From the NCBI GenBank assembly GCA_049323795.1, contig JBMOOH010000005.1:2261-66260 (forward strand): DNA of 64,000 nucleotides. The letters are read 5' to 3'. The notes under the pieces are model-generated. The model was not told where the DNA came from. It saw only the letters and a program-made list of their open reading frames with translations, and did no database searches. This document shows positions 11,187 to 22,907 of this stretch, piece by piece. The position numbers and the translations under genes were made by a program. The DNA is from Pseudomonadota bacterium. GTDB taxonomy: Bacteria; Pseudomonadota; Alphaproteobacteria; Rhodobacterales; Rhodobacteraceae. How positions within the stretch are numbered: position 1 is the stretch's first letter; the number at the start of each line of letters is the position of its first letter.

Positions 11187-11420
11187 ATGCCCACGACGAA
11201 CGACCATGCAGGACTGGCCGCCCTTTCAATCTGCGAGGCGCTCCTGCTGGCCATGAACGATCGCGGACTGTTACCGGAGAACGAGATCGTGGGCGTTCTC
11301 CGCGACGCCGCGGCGGCCCACGAGAACGTCACTGGCACGGCTGAAACGGAAAAGCACCAGGCCGTCGCCGCCTTGATCAATGCGATCATCGCTGGCGGGA
11401 ACTCGGTTCGACGGTCATGA
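11187..11420 (+). CDS. small hypothetical protein (77 aa)
   Basis: ATG at 11187 preceded by GAAGGAA. Divergent from the Crp-family gene. No family recognised. Confidence 0.4.
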   Translation: MPTTNDHAGLAALSICEALLLAMNDRGLLPENEIVGVLRDAAAAHENVTGTAETEKHQAVAALINAIIAGGNSVRRS

Positions 11421-11633
11421 TATGGTGTAGCGACAACCCTGATCCGCATTCCCGGAGGCGACCGGCCCCGATGATGTGACCGCCCCCCTCGTGACCCGGT
11501 GCCGGGTCGCGATCCACGTGGCGGAACCGGCCCGGACCTTTCCGTTTTCGCCCTCGCTGGCCGGCAGCCGCACCCGGCCGGCATTTGCCTGCCTCGAGCG
11601 CGCCCCGCCGTGCGCGTGGTTCCCGCCCGTCCG

Positions 11634-13985
11634 TCAGCCCTTGCGTTCCGGATCGAAGCGCAGCAGGCGCATCGCGTTCAGAGTGACGAGGACCGTCGCC
11701 CCGGTGTCCGCGAGGATCGCGATCCAGAGGCCGGTCAGGCCCAGGACCGAGGTCACGAGGAACACAGCCTTGAGCCCGAGCGCGACGGTCACGTTCTGCC
11801 GGATGTTGGCCATGGCCGCACGTGCGAGCCGGATCTTGGCCGGCACGTCGGTCACCCGGTTGCGCAGGATCGCCGCATCGGCGGTTTCCAGCGCCACATC
11901 GGTGCCCGACCCCATGGCCACGCCGACGCTCGCCTGCTTCAGCGCCGGGGCGTCGTTGATGCCGTCGCCGATCATCATCACCCCGCCCTGCGTGCCCATG
12001 TCCCGGATCGCGGCAAGCTTGTCTTCGGGCAGCAGCCCGGCGCGGAACGCGATTCCCAGGCCCCCGGCGATGGCGGCGGCGGTGCGCGGGTTGTCGCCGG
12101 TCAGCATGACGGAGGAAACCCCCAGGTCCTTCAACTGCCGCACGGCTTCCGCCGCATCGGCGCGCGGCTCGTCGCGCACCGCGATCAGGCCCAGCGGCGT
12201 CCGGTCGCGGAACACCGCCACGGTGGTCTTGCCCGCGTCCTCGAAGACGGCCGCCTGGTCCAGGCCGGGGCCGCCAAGCCCGCCGTTCTCCATCGCGTAG
12301 CGCGGCGAGGCGACCCAGGCCGGGGCATCGCCGACCGTGGCGGTGACGCCCCGGCCCATCAGTGCCCTGGCGTCGCGGGACGGCAGGACCGCGACACCGG
12401 CCTCCTTGGCCCTGGCCAGGATGGCGACGGCGAGCGGATGGCTCGACCCGGTCTCGACGCCGGCCGCCACTGCCAGAAGCTCCGCCTCGGTCGTGGTGCC
12501 GAAGGTCACGAGGTCGGTCACGTGCGGCCGGCCGTGCGTCAGCGTGCCGGTCTTGTCGAAGGCGACGCGGGCGACCTTCGACGCCGCCTCGACCACCGCG
12601 CCGCCCTTCATCAGAAGGCCGTGCCGCGCGCCGGCGGACAATGCCGAGGCGATCGAGGCCGGGACCGAGACCACCAGCGCGCAGGGGCAGCCGATCAGCA
12701 GGAGCGCGAGGCCCCGGTAGATCCAGGTGTCCCAGGGCTGGGCGAAGGCCAGGGGGGGGACCAGGATCACCAGCGCCGAGACGGAGACGATGGCGGGCAT
12801 GTACCACCGGCTGAAGCGGACGATGAAGCGTTCGGTCGGGGAACGCGACTCCTCGGCCTCTTCCACCAGGCGGATGATGCGGGCGATGGTGTTGTCCTCG
12901 GGGCCCTTGGTGACCTTCACGCGCAGCGCCGCCTCGGTGTTGATCGACCCGGCAAAGACCGTGTCGCCCGGCCCCTTGGTCACCGGCACGCTTTCGCCCG
13001 TCACCGGGCTGTCATCGACGCCCGAGGTGCCCTGCGTGATCTCGCCGTCGGCCGGAACCCGGTCGCCGGGGCGGACGAGGACGGTCTGGCCGACCGTCAG
13101 CGATGCCGCCGGAACCTCGCGGGTCGTGCCATTCACCTCAAGCAGCGCGGTCTTCGGCACCAGAGCCGCCAGCGACCGGATCCCGTCGCGCGCCTTGCCG
13201 GCGGCCACCCCCTCGAGAAGCTCGCCCACGGCGAAGAAAAACACGACCACCGCCGCTTCCTCGGAGGCGTTGATCAACAGCGCGCCGAGGACGGCGAGCG
13301 TCGTCAGGCTTTCGATGGTGAAGGGCTGTCCCACCCGCAGCGCCGCGAGGGCGCGCCGCGTCAGCGGCGCGACGCCGATGAGGCTGGCGGCGACGAAGGC
13401 CCAGCGCCCGACCTGCGGCGCGACGAGCTCGACGGACCAGGCGGCGGCGAGCAGCACGGCTGTAGATATGACATGCTTGCCCTTGCCGGTCTGATACCAG
13501 CGCTTGCCGCGGTCGGCGGGGTCGTCATGGCCGTGGCCGGGGCTGTCATCGCCGCTGGTGTCGCGTAGGCGCGTGGCGGTCGGTTCCGGACCGTGATCGT
13601 GCCCGGCATGGTCGTGATCCGAATGATCATGGCCGGAATGATCATGGCCTGCATGCGCGTCGCCATGCTCCTCGGCCGGGGCGGCACCGGGCCTCACGAG
13701 ATCCTTGCGTGCCGATGCCGTGCGCGGCGTCAGGCCATATCCCAGCGACTTCACCACCTTTTCGACCTTGTCGCGGGCGGTCCTGGTTTCGTCCAGCGTC
13801 AGCCGCAGGCGTTCGGACATGAGGCCGACCTCCACGCCGCTGACCCCCGGCAGACGCGCCACGGCATCCTTGATCTTGGTCGCGCAGGACCCGCAATCCA
13901 TGCCTGAAACCGTCCAGTCGCATGCGGTTCCCGTTTCGGTCGGCGCCATCGTCATCCCCTGGCCCGCACGGGCCGTTGCTTTCAT
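11634..13985 (-). CDS. heavy-metal-translocating P1B-2-type ATPase (Zn/Cd/Pb-type)
   Basis: N-terminal HMA domain (SGMDCGSCATKIKD), a His-rich stretch (HGDAHAGHDHSGHDHSDHDHAGHDH), CPC in TM (IGCPCALVVSVP), DKTGTLT, GDGINDAP, and a TM5 Lys plus ADTG in TM6. Alternative starts at 13955 and 13949. Confidence 0.9.
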   Translation of the reverse strand: MKATARAGQGMTMAPTETGTACDWTVSGMDCGSCATKIKDAVARLPGVSGVEVGLMSERLRLTLDETRTARDKVEKVVKSLGYGLTPRTASARKDLVRPGAAPAEEHGDAHAGHDHSGHDHSDHDHAGHDHGPEPTATRLRDTSGDDSPGHGHDDPADRGKRWYQTGKGKHVISTAVLLAAAWSVELVAPQVGRWAFVAASLIGVAPLTRRALAALRVGQPFTIESLTTLAVLGALLINASEEAAVVVFFFAVGELLEGVAAGKARDGIRSLAALVPKTALLEVNGTTREVPAASLTVGQTVLVRPGDRVPADGEITQGTSGVDDSPVTGESVPVTKGPGDTVFAGSINTEAALRVKVTKGPEDNTIARIIRLVEEAEESRSPTERFIVRFSRWYMPAIVSVSALVILVPPLAFAQPWDTWIYRGLALLLIGCPCALVVSVPASIASALSAGARHGLLMKGGAVVEAASKVARVAFDKTGTLTHGRPHVTDLVTFGTTTEAELLAVAAGVETGSSHPLAVAILARAKEAGVAVLPSRDARALMGRGVTATVGDAPAWVASPRYAMENGGLGGPGLDQAAVFEDAGKTTVAVFRDRTPLGLIAVRDEPRADAAEAVRQLKDLGVSSVMLTGDNPRTAAAIAGGLGIAFRAGLLPEDKLAAIRDMGTQGGVMMIGDGINDAPALKQASVGVAMGSGTDVALETADAAILRNRVTDVPAKIRLARAAMANIRQNVTVALGLKAVFLVTSVLGLTGLWIAILADTGATVLVTLNAMRLLRFDPERKG

Positions 13986-13994
13986 CGAATCGGG

Positions 13995-14025
13995 TAAATA
14001 ATGTCTCCAGCACCTATAGGTTCAA
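13995..14025 (-). promoter_or_regulatory. MerR-type promoter/operator for the Zn/Cd ATPase (TTGAAC-19 bp-TATTTA with internal dyad)
   Basis: Minus strand reads CTTGAAC CTATAGGTGCTGGAGACAT TATTTA. The 19-bp spacer is typical of MerR-family promoters. A perfect palindrome ACCTATAGGT lies at 14012-14021. The site sits between divergent ATPase and MerR genes. Confidence 0.7.
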
Positions 14026-14035
14026 GGGGAATCTC

Positions 14036-14479
14036 ATGCTCACCATCGGCAAGCTGGGGACAGAGGCCGGGGTGAAGATCCCGACCATCCGGTATTACGA
14101 GCAGATCGGCCTGATGCCCGGGGCCGAGCGCAGCGCCGGCAACCAGCGGCTCTATGACCGCCGCGCGCTGGAACGGCTGGCCTTCATCCGCCATGCGCGC
14201 GCCCTGGGCTTCACCCTCGAGGCCATCCGCGACCTGCTGAGCCTCTCGGACCGGCCCGACCAGCCCTGCACGGCTGCCGATGCCATCGCCCGCGCGCAAC
14301 TGGCCGAGGTCGAAAGCCGCCTTGCGCGGCTCACCGCGCTCAAGGCCGAACTCGAACGCATGGTCGCGCAATGCGCGGGCGGAAGGATCGCCGATTGCCG
14401 GGTGATCGAGGCGCTGGGCGATCACGCGCTCTGCGCCTCCGACCACAGTCCGCGTCACCGGCCAGACACTCTCTGGTGA
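14036..14479 (+). CDS. MerR family metal-responsive transcriptional regulator (ZntR/CadR-like)
   Basis: MLTIGKLGTEAGVKIPTIRYYEQIGLMP...NQRLYD...FIRHARALGFTLEAIRDLL, plus C-terminal Cys residues (QCAGGRIADC...LC). ATG at 14036. Confidence 0.85.
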   Translation: MLTIGKLGTEAGVKIPTIRYYEQIGLMPGAERSAGNQRLYDRRALERLAFIRHARALGFTLEAIRDLLSLSDRPDQPCTAADAIARAQLAEVESRLARLTALKAELERMVAQCAGGRIADCRVIEALGDHALCASDHSPRHRPDTLW

Positions 14480-14575
14480 CGCCCCGCCCGGCGGCTTGAC
14501 GCAGTGCATCCCGATCGCCGGGACAGCGGCCGCGGCGGGCGCATCCGACCCGGAACGGCCCGGGATCTGCCAGTC

Positions 14576-15865
14576 TCAGGGACCGGGCTGACCGGCTGCG
14601 CCGGTGTGGACCCGCAGCCGGCGGGTGGCAACCCAGCCTGCCGCCGCAAGCGCCCCGGCGGTCGCCAGGCAGAGCGGCAGCCCGCCCTGCTGGTAGCTCA
14701 GCCCGGACAGGAGCGTGCCGAAAAGCCGTCCTGCCGCATTGGCCATGTAGTAGAACCCCACGTCCATCGAGACCCGCTCGGCCTTCGAGAAGGCGAGGAT
14801 GAGATAGGAGTGGACCGAGGAATTCACCGCGAAGACGAAGCCGAAGAGAAGGAGGCCGGCGACGAGCGTTGCCGTGAGCCAGGGGCTCGGCCCGCCCGAG
14901 ACGAGCGCCGCCCCGGCCAGCGCAAGCGGAATGGGAACAAGGTAGCCGGCCCAGCGGATCGCCTTCGCCACGATCTCGGTCTCTCCATCGGTCTCGGGCC
15001 GGCCCTCCGCGCGCAGAAGCTTCGGCACCAGCCCCTGCACCCCCCCGTAGGCGATGATCCAGAGCGCCATGAAGCCCCCGACCATGAAGAAGGCCCAGCG
15101 CCGCCCCTCGGGCGTTCCGTCCGACAGGACCATTTGGAAATAGACCGGCACGCCGACGACGAACCAGACATCGCGCGCGCCGAAGAGAAACATCCGCGCA
15201 AGGCTCAGGCGGTTCACGCGGGCATCGGTGGACCAGACCGAGGTGAACTGTGCGTCCTTCGATCCGGCCGGAAGGCCCGGCGGCAGGAACAGCGCCACCG
15301 CGACCAGGATCGCCGCGAGGACCGCCGCCATTCCCCAGACCGCGCCCGCGAACCCCGCCATCGCCAGAAGCGCCGCGCCGGCGAAGAAGCCCAAGCCCTT
15401 GACCGCGTTCTTCGACCCCGTGAGCGCCGCCACCCAGCGGAAGAGCGCAGCCTCGGAGGACGGCGCGAGCAGCTTCACCGCCGACTTCGCGGACATCTTG
15501 GCAAGGTCCTTCGCCACCCCGCTCGCCCCCTGCACCGCCATGACGAAGGCGACCGAGGCGCCGATACCCCAGCTTGGGTCGAGCTGCGCCAGCGCGACGA
15601 GGGCCGCGATCTGCAGCGCAAGGCCGCCGCGGAGCGTGGCGGCGAGGCCGAAGCGCGCCGCGATCCAGCCGGCGGCAAGGTTCGTCACGATCCCCGCGAG
15701 TTCGTAGAGCAGGAACAGCCAGGCAAGCTGCACGGGCGTGAAGCCGAGGGCGTTGAAGTGCAGCAGGACGAGCATCCGCAGCGCGCCGTCCGTCAGCATG
15801 AAGGCCCAGTAGGCCGCCGTGACGGCCGCGTAGGCCCTCAGCCCGTCGGGCCGGCGTTCCGCCAT
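14576..15865 (-). CDS. arsJ: MFS organoarsenical (1-arseno-3-phosphoglycerate) efflux permease ArsJ-like
   Basis: About 430-aa MFS protein immediately downstream of an ars-linked GAPDH (2-nt gap). Its N-terminus MAERRPDGLRAYAAVTAAYWAFMLTDGALRMLVLLHF is ArsJ-like. ATG at 15865. Confidence 0.75.
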   Translation of the reverse strand: MAERRPDGLRAYAAVTAAYWAFMLTDGALRMLVLLHFNALGFTPVQLAWLFLLYELAGIVTNLAAGWIAARFGLAATLRGGLALQIAALVALAQLDPSWGIGASVAFVMAVQGASGVAKDLAKMSAKSAVKLLAPSSEAALFRWVAALTGSKNAVKGLGFFAGAALLAMAGFAGAVWGMAAVLAAILVAVALFLPPGLPAGSKDAQFTSVWSTDARVNRLSLARMFLFGARDVWFVVGVPVYFQMVLSDGTPEGRRWAFFMVGGFMALWIIAYGGVQGLVPKLLRAEGRPETDGETEIVAKAIRWAGYLVPIPLALAGAALVSGGPSPWLTATLVAGLLLFGFVFAVNSSVHSYLILAFSKAERVSMDVGFYYMANAAGRLFGTLLSGLSYQQGGLPLCLATAGALAAAGWVATRRLRVHTGAAGQPGP

Positions 15866-15867
15866 CG

Positions 15868-16884
15868 TCACGACGCCAGCCCCCGCACCACCATCCGCGC
15901 GATATCGGCCAGCCGGCAGGCATAGGCCCATTCGTTGTCATACCAGGCGCAGATCTTCACCTGCGTTCCGTTCACCACCATCGTGGAGGCCGCATCGACG
16001 ATTGCCGACCGGCTGTCGTTCACGAAATCCGACGACACGAGCGGCCGCGTCTCGCAGCCGAGAATGCCCTTCAGGGCGCCTTCGGACGCCGCGGCGAGAA
16101 GCGCGTTCACCTCCTCCGCAGTCGTCGGGCGCTCCACCTCGAACACGCAGTCGGTGATCGAGGCGTTCAGAAGCGGCACACGGACGGCGTGTCCGTTCAG
16201 CCTTCCCCTGAGTTCGGGGTAGATGAGCGTGATCGCCGTCGCCGACCCGGTCGTCGTCGGGATGAGGTTGAGAAGCGCCGACCGCGCGCGGCGCATGTCC
16301 TTGGCCGGTCGGTCAACGATGGTCTGGGTGTTCGTCACGCCGTGGATCGTGGTGAGCGAGCCGTGGCGGATGCCGATGCCCTCGTGGATGACCTTCACCA
16401 CCGGTGCAAGGCAATTGGTCGTGCAGCTTGCCGCCGTCACCAGCCTGTGCGCGCCCGGGTCGTAGAGGTGATGGTTGACGCCGTAGACGAGGTTCAGCGC
16501 GCCCCCGTCCCTGACCGGCGCGCTGACCACGACCTTGCGGGTGCCCGCCGCGAAGTAGGGTTCGATCCTCGCGCCGGTCTTGAAGACGCCGGTGCAGTCG
16601 ATCACGACATCCACGCCAAGCTCGCGCAGGGGCAGCGCCCCGATCGCCCTTTCATGCATCAGCCGGATGTCGCGCCCGGCGAGGGTCAGGATGCCGGGGC
16701 CGGGGCGGACAGGCGTCGCCCAGCGCCCGTGGACGCTGTCGAACTCCATCAGAAGCGCATGCTGTTCGGCATCGCCCGCAGGGTCGTTCAGCAGCACGAT
16801 CTCGCCGCCGGTCCCGCGATCCACGAGCGCGCGGAGCGCGAGCTTTCCGATGCGGCCGAGGCCGTTCAGGGCGATGCGGGCCAT
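15868..16884 (-). CDS. ArsJ-associated glyceraldehyde-3-phosphate dehydrogenase
   Basis: MARIALNGLGRIGK...ASCTTNCLAP...TGSATA...WYDNEWAY are GAPDH motifs. The position between arsR::arsC and arsJ supports the call. Confidence 0.9.
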   Translation of the reverse strand: MARIALNGLGRIGKLALRALVDRGTGGEIVLLNDPAGDAEQHALLMEFDSVHGRWATPVRPGPGILTLAGRDIRLMHERAIGALPLRELGVDVVIDCTGVFKTGARIEPYFAAGTRKVVVSAPVRDGGALNLVYGVNHHLYDPGAHRLVTAASCTTNCLAPVVKVIHEGIGIRHGSLTTIHGVTNTQTIVDRPAKDMRRARSALLNLIPTTTGSATAITLIYPELRGRLNGHAVRVPLLNASITDCVFEVERPTTAEEVNALLAAASEGALKGILGCETRPLVSSDFVNDSRSAIVDAASTMVVNGTQVKICAWYDNEWAYACRLADIARMVVRGLAS

Positions 16885-16888
16885 GCGC

Positions 16889-17737
16889 CTACCCCTGCTT
16901 CTCGGTCACGGCTTCGGCGCCGATGCGATCGACCTGCGCCTGAAGCGCGAGGCGGCTCAGCGTGTCGAAGGGCAACGCGACGAAGGCCGCGATGCGGCGG
17001 CGGAGCGCGCCGTAGGTCTGCGCGAAGACGAGCGCCTTCTCGGCATCGGTGCCTTGGGCCCTGACCGGGTCGGGCAGGCCCCAGTGGCCGGTGATCGGCT
17101 GGCCCGGCCAGGGCGGGCATTCCTCGGCCGCCGCGGTGTCGCAGACAGTGAAGACGAAATCCATGACCGGCGCGCCGGGCCCCTGGAACTCCGCCACATG
17201 CTTCGGCCGGAGGCCCGACGTGCCGTGCCCGTTCCGTCCGAGCACCTCGAGCGCGAAGGGGTTGAGCGTCGTGTTGGGCCGCGTCCCGGTCGAGAAGGCG
17301 CGGAACCTGTCCCCGCCGAGATCGCGCAGGATCGCCTCGGCGAAGATCGACCGGGCGGAGTTGCCAGAACAGATGAAAAGCACGTTGAAGCTCGGATTCG
17401 CCATGGCCGGAATGTCCCTGTTCAGCGATGCAAGAGAGTCGACAAGATCGGGCCGCCCGCGGCCCAGGTTCAGCGCGAGGTAGCCGATCAGCGCCTCCGC
17501 CGTGTCGAGATCGACCGAATAGCGCAGCGACCGCCCCCGCCGCTCCACCCGGACAAGGCCCGCGGCACTCAGGTCGGCCAGATGGTGGGACAGGGTGTTC
17601 GCCCGGAACCCCAGCGCCCCGGCGATCTCGCCGGGCCGGACGCCCCGTGGCGCGAAGCGCATCAGAAGGCGGAACACCGCCAGACGGCCGGGATGGCCGA
17701 GGGTCGAAAAGGCTGTTGCGGCTTCGGGGTCGCGCAT
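16889..17737 (-). CDS. ArsR-family HTH fused to LMW-PTP-type arsenate reductase (ArsR::ArsC fusion)
   Basis: The N-terminal winged HTH (LGHPGRLAVFRLL...GEIAGALGFRANTLSHHLADLSAAGLVRVERRGRSLRY) has no Cys. The C-terminal ArsC/LMW-PTP domain has FICSGNSARS and VCDTAAAEECP. Confidence 0.85.
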   Translation of the reverse strand: MRDPEAATAFSTLGHPGRLAVFRLLMRFAPRGVRPGEIAGALGFRANTLSHHLADLSAAGLVRVERRGRSLRYSVDLDTAEALIGYLALNLGRGRPDLVDSLASLNRDIPAMANPSFNVLFICSGNSARSIFAEAILRDLGGDRFRAFSTGTRPNTTLNPFALEVLGRNGHGTSGLRPKHVAEFQGPGAPVMDFVFTVCDTAAAEECPPWPGQPITGHWGLPDPVRAQGTDAEKALVFAQTYGALRRRIAAFVALPFDTLSRLALQAQVDRIGAEAVTEKQG

Positions 17738-17759
17738 ATTTCCTAAAATCGGGAAATAT
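17736..17759. promoter_or_regulatory. AT-rich perfect inverted repeat ATATTTCC-N8-GGAAATAT over the arsR::arsC SD/start
   Basis: Read directly: atatttcc at 17736-17743 and ggaaatat at 17752-17759. On the minus strand the repeat ends in the ATG of arsR::arsC. It stands out in GC-rich DNA. It could be an operator or an RNA hairpin over the SD. Confidence 0.5.
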
Positions 17760-17970
17760 TCCGCGAGGTCCAGTGAAGGTTTTGTGACACCCCCCCGGAT
17801 GCCATGGCGCCACCGCCACCCGCGGCGCTGCGGCGATCATTCCGCCCCGAAAGAACGCCGGACCCCGGCAGCGAACTCCGCCAGCGCTATCGCGGCGCTT
17901 CGGGCGCACCATCTGGCGACGATGGTGAGGGGGGCCAGCCCGCCCGCGGTTCGGGGAAGGCCCGAACGAT

Positions 17971-18024
17971 GCCTCCCACCGCCGGAAAACGATCAGGCGG
18001 ATCGTTTTCTCGGCGGTGGGAGGC
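17971..18024. terminator. long GC-rich hairpin (about 24-bp arms, 5-nt loop, one bulge) downstream of the Cu-ATPase gene
   Basis: gcctcccaccgccggaaaacgatc aggcg gatcgttttctcggcggtgggaggc, about 110 nt after the ATPase stop. No U-tract follows, so the terminator role is an inference. Confidence 0.45.
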
Positions 18025-18134
18025 ACCTACCCGTGTCAAACTCCCGGGTCAGCGCCTCGTGGCGCGGGACTTCGCCCGTCAGGCTGCCGGGCTCCGGCTC
18101 CGTGCGGGTTGCCGCACCCTGGCGCCGGCTCCTC

Positions 18135-20819
<2,685 letters not shown>

Positions 20820-20838
20820 CCTTGATCCCTCTTCCACG

Positions 20839-21876
20839 TCACGTCTCCACTTCTTGCATGATGTTCGGCCGGTCCCGGCGCAGGGTCAAGCGCTCTTGCG
20901 GCGTGCGGGTTCGCCCTCGACCGCCGGCAGGGCAGATGCCATGGCGCGGGGTCCCGGCCGGTCCGGCCGGGATTTGACCGCCAGTCGCTGATCTCGTCCC
21001 CTCGGCCGCGGTCTGCACCGCCGTCCCGGACAGGGGCGCCTCGATGTGCATCCCGGCATCGACATGCAGCACTTCCCCGGTCACCGCGGCGGTGTAGTCG
21101 CTGGCCAGGAGCAGCGCCGCCCGGCCGACCTCGTCGGCCTCGATCCCGCGGCGCAGGGGCGCCGCCCGGGCACTCGCGTCCAGAAGCGAGGAGAGCCCGA
21201 TCAGGCCCGACGCGGCGCGCGTCGCCACCGGCCCGGCCGAGATCGCGTTGACGCGGATGGCCTGCGGGCCGAGTTCGTGGGCCAGATAGCGCACGCTGGC
21301 CTCGAGCGCCGCCTTGACCGGGCCCATGACGCTGTAGTGATCCACCACCCGCTCGGCACCGAGATAGCTGAGCGTGATCAGGCTACCGCCCGCGGCCATC
21401 AGGGGCTCGACCAGGCGCGCGATGCGGATGAAGGAATGCACCGATACGGTCATCGCCTCGGCGAAGCCTTCGGCCGAGCAATCGGTCAGCCGGCCCTGCA
21501 GATCCTCCGGCCGGACCTTGCCGACCGCGTGCAGCACGAAGTCGAGCCGCCCCCAGCGGTCGCGGATCGCGCCGAAGACCGCCTCGAGCCCGCCGGGCGC
21601 GGCAACGTCGCAGGGCATGAAGATCGCGGCCTCGACACGCTCGGCCAGCGGCGCGACATGGGCACGGGTGCGGTCGTTCACATGGGTCAGCGCCAGGTCG
21701 GCGCCCGCTTGGCGGAAATGCAGCGCGGCCGACCAGGCCAGGCTGCGGTCGTTGGCGATGCCGATGACCAGCCCCTTGCGGCCGCCGAGATCCAGCAGTT
21801 CGCGCGGATCGCAGCATTCCTCGAAACGAGGCCGGGGTGCCGGGGCCTGCCCGGCCGATGCGGTGGTCGTGCTCAT
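20839..21876 (-). CDS. enoyl-ACP reductase FabI-like SDR with an N-terminal and an approximately 60-aa C-terminal extension
   Basis: [14 protein letters not shown]...[30 protein letters not shown]...RVNAISAGP...HVDAG. The start ATG overlaps the pta stop (TGATG). Confidence 0.8.
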   Translation of the reverse strand: MSTTTASAGQAPAPRPRFEECCDPRELLDLGGRKGLVIGIANDRSLAWSAALHFRQAGADLALTHVNDRTRAHVAPLAERVEAAIFMPCDVAAPGGLEAVFGAIRDRWGRLDFVLHAVGKVRPEDLQGRLTDCSAEGFAEAMTVSVHSFIRIARLVEPLMAAGGSLITLSYLGAERVVDHYSVMGPVKAALEASVRYLAHELGPQAIRVNAISAGPVATRAASGLIGLSSLLDASARAAPLRRGIEADEVGRAALLLASDYTAAVTGEVLHVDAGMHIEAPLSGTAVQTAAEGTRSATGGQIPAGPAGTPRHGICPAGGRGRTRTPQERLTLRRDRPNIMQEVET

Positions 21877-22907
21877 CAGGGTCCGGCTCCCGGCAGCGGA
21901 CAGCAGTCCGCCTCGGACGCAGGCGCGGCCGGCAGCGACCGCTGCGGCTCATCGCCGCGGGGCGTGCCGGAGCGGCCCGTCCGGTCCCTGCCGCTCAAGA
22001 GCACGGCCAGCGCCAGCGAGGCGATGCGGGTGTCCTCGGTGTCGGCGCGCGAGGTCAGCACCACCGGCGCGGCAAGCCCCAGGGCCACGCCCGCGGCCTT
22101 CGCCCCGGCCAGGTATTCCAGCGCCTTGGCCAGCACGTTGCCGCTGACCAGATCGGGAACGAGGAGGATGTCGGCGCGGCCCGCCACGTCCGACACGATC
22201 CCCTTCTCGGCCGCGGCCCGCGGCGACACCGCGTTGTCGAAGGCGAGCGGGCCGTCCACCACGGCCCCGGCGATCTGTCCGCGCCGGGCCATGAGCGTGA
22301 GGCTGGCGGCATCCAGCGTCGAGACCACGCCCGGCGTCACCGTCTCGACCGCCGAGACCACCGCGACGCGGGGCTCGGCGATCCCGAGCGCGTGAAAGGC
22401 ATCGACCGCGTTCTGGAGGATCTGCGCCTTGGCGGCGAGGTCGGGGGCGATGTTCACCGCGGCGTCGGTGACGCCGATCAGCCGGTCGTGGCCCGGCACC
22501 TGAAGCAGGAAGAGGTGGCTCACCCGCAGGCCCGGCAGCCGCAGCCCGGTCGCGGCGTCCAGCAGGACACGCATGAAGGTGTCGGTGTGCAGGTTGCCCT
22601 TCATCACCACGTCCGCCCTGCCCTCGCGCACCAGCCGGACGGCCAGAGCCGCGGCCCCCGCGTCCGGGGCGCTGTCATGCAGGCAGACGGCGTCGAGCGC
22701 CAGTCCGGCCGCGGCGGCCAGCGGCTCGATCTCGGCGCGCGGGCCGACCAGATGCGGCACGGCGAGACCCTCGTCCACCGCGCGGGCCATGGTCGCCAGC
22801 ACCACTTCCTGCGCGGCGTCGGCGACGGCGACACGCACCGGTCCCCGGGCGCGGGCGCGCATGATGAGGGCATCGAGCGAGGTTGCCGTCGCCATCTCGT
22901 CCATCAC
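21876..22907 (-). CDS. pta: phosphate acetyl/butyryltransferase (short PTA_PTB type)
   Basis: VVMKGNLHTDTFMRVLLD...LIGVTDAAVNIAPDL...SGNVLAKALEY. Start codon GTG 22907 or ATG 22904, overlapping the ackA stop. Confidence 0.8.
   Translation of the reverse strand: MMDEMATATSLDALIMRARARGPVRVAVADAAQEVVLATMARAVDEGLAVPHLVGPRAEIEPLAAAAGLALDAVCLHDSAPDAGAAALAVRLVREGRADVVMKGNLHTDTFMRVLLDAATGLRLPGLRVSHLFLLQVPGHDRLIGVTDAAVNIAPDLAAKAQILQNAVDAFHALGIAEPRVAVVSAVETVTPGVVSTLDAASLTLMARRGQIAGAVVDGPLAFDNAVSPRAAAEKGIVSDVAGRADILLVPDLVSGNVLAKALEYLAGAKAAGVALGLAAPVVLTSRADTEDTRIASLALAVLLSGRDRTGRSGTPRGDEPQRSLPAAPASEADCCPLPGAGP

Noticed and set aside
13560-13690. Repetitive catgatc/gtgatc DNA that looks like a microsatellite.
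   Set aside because: It is the coding sequence of the His-rich (HDHSGHDHSDHDHAGHDH) N-terminal stretch of the Zn/Cd ATPase. The units are imperfect and there is no exact tandem array.
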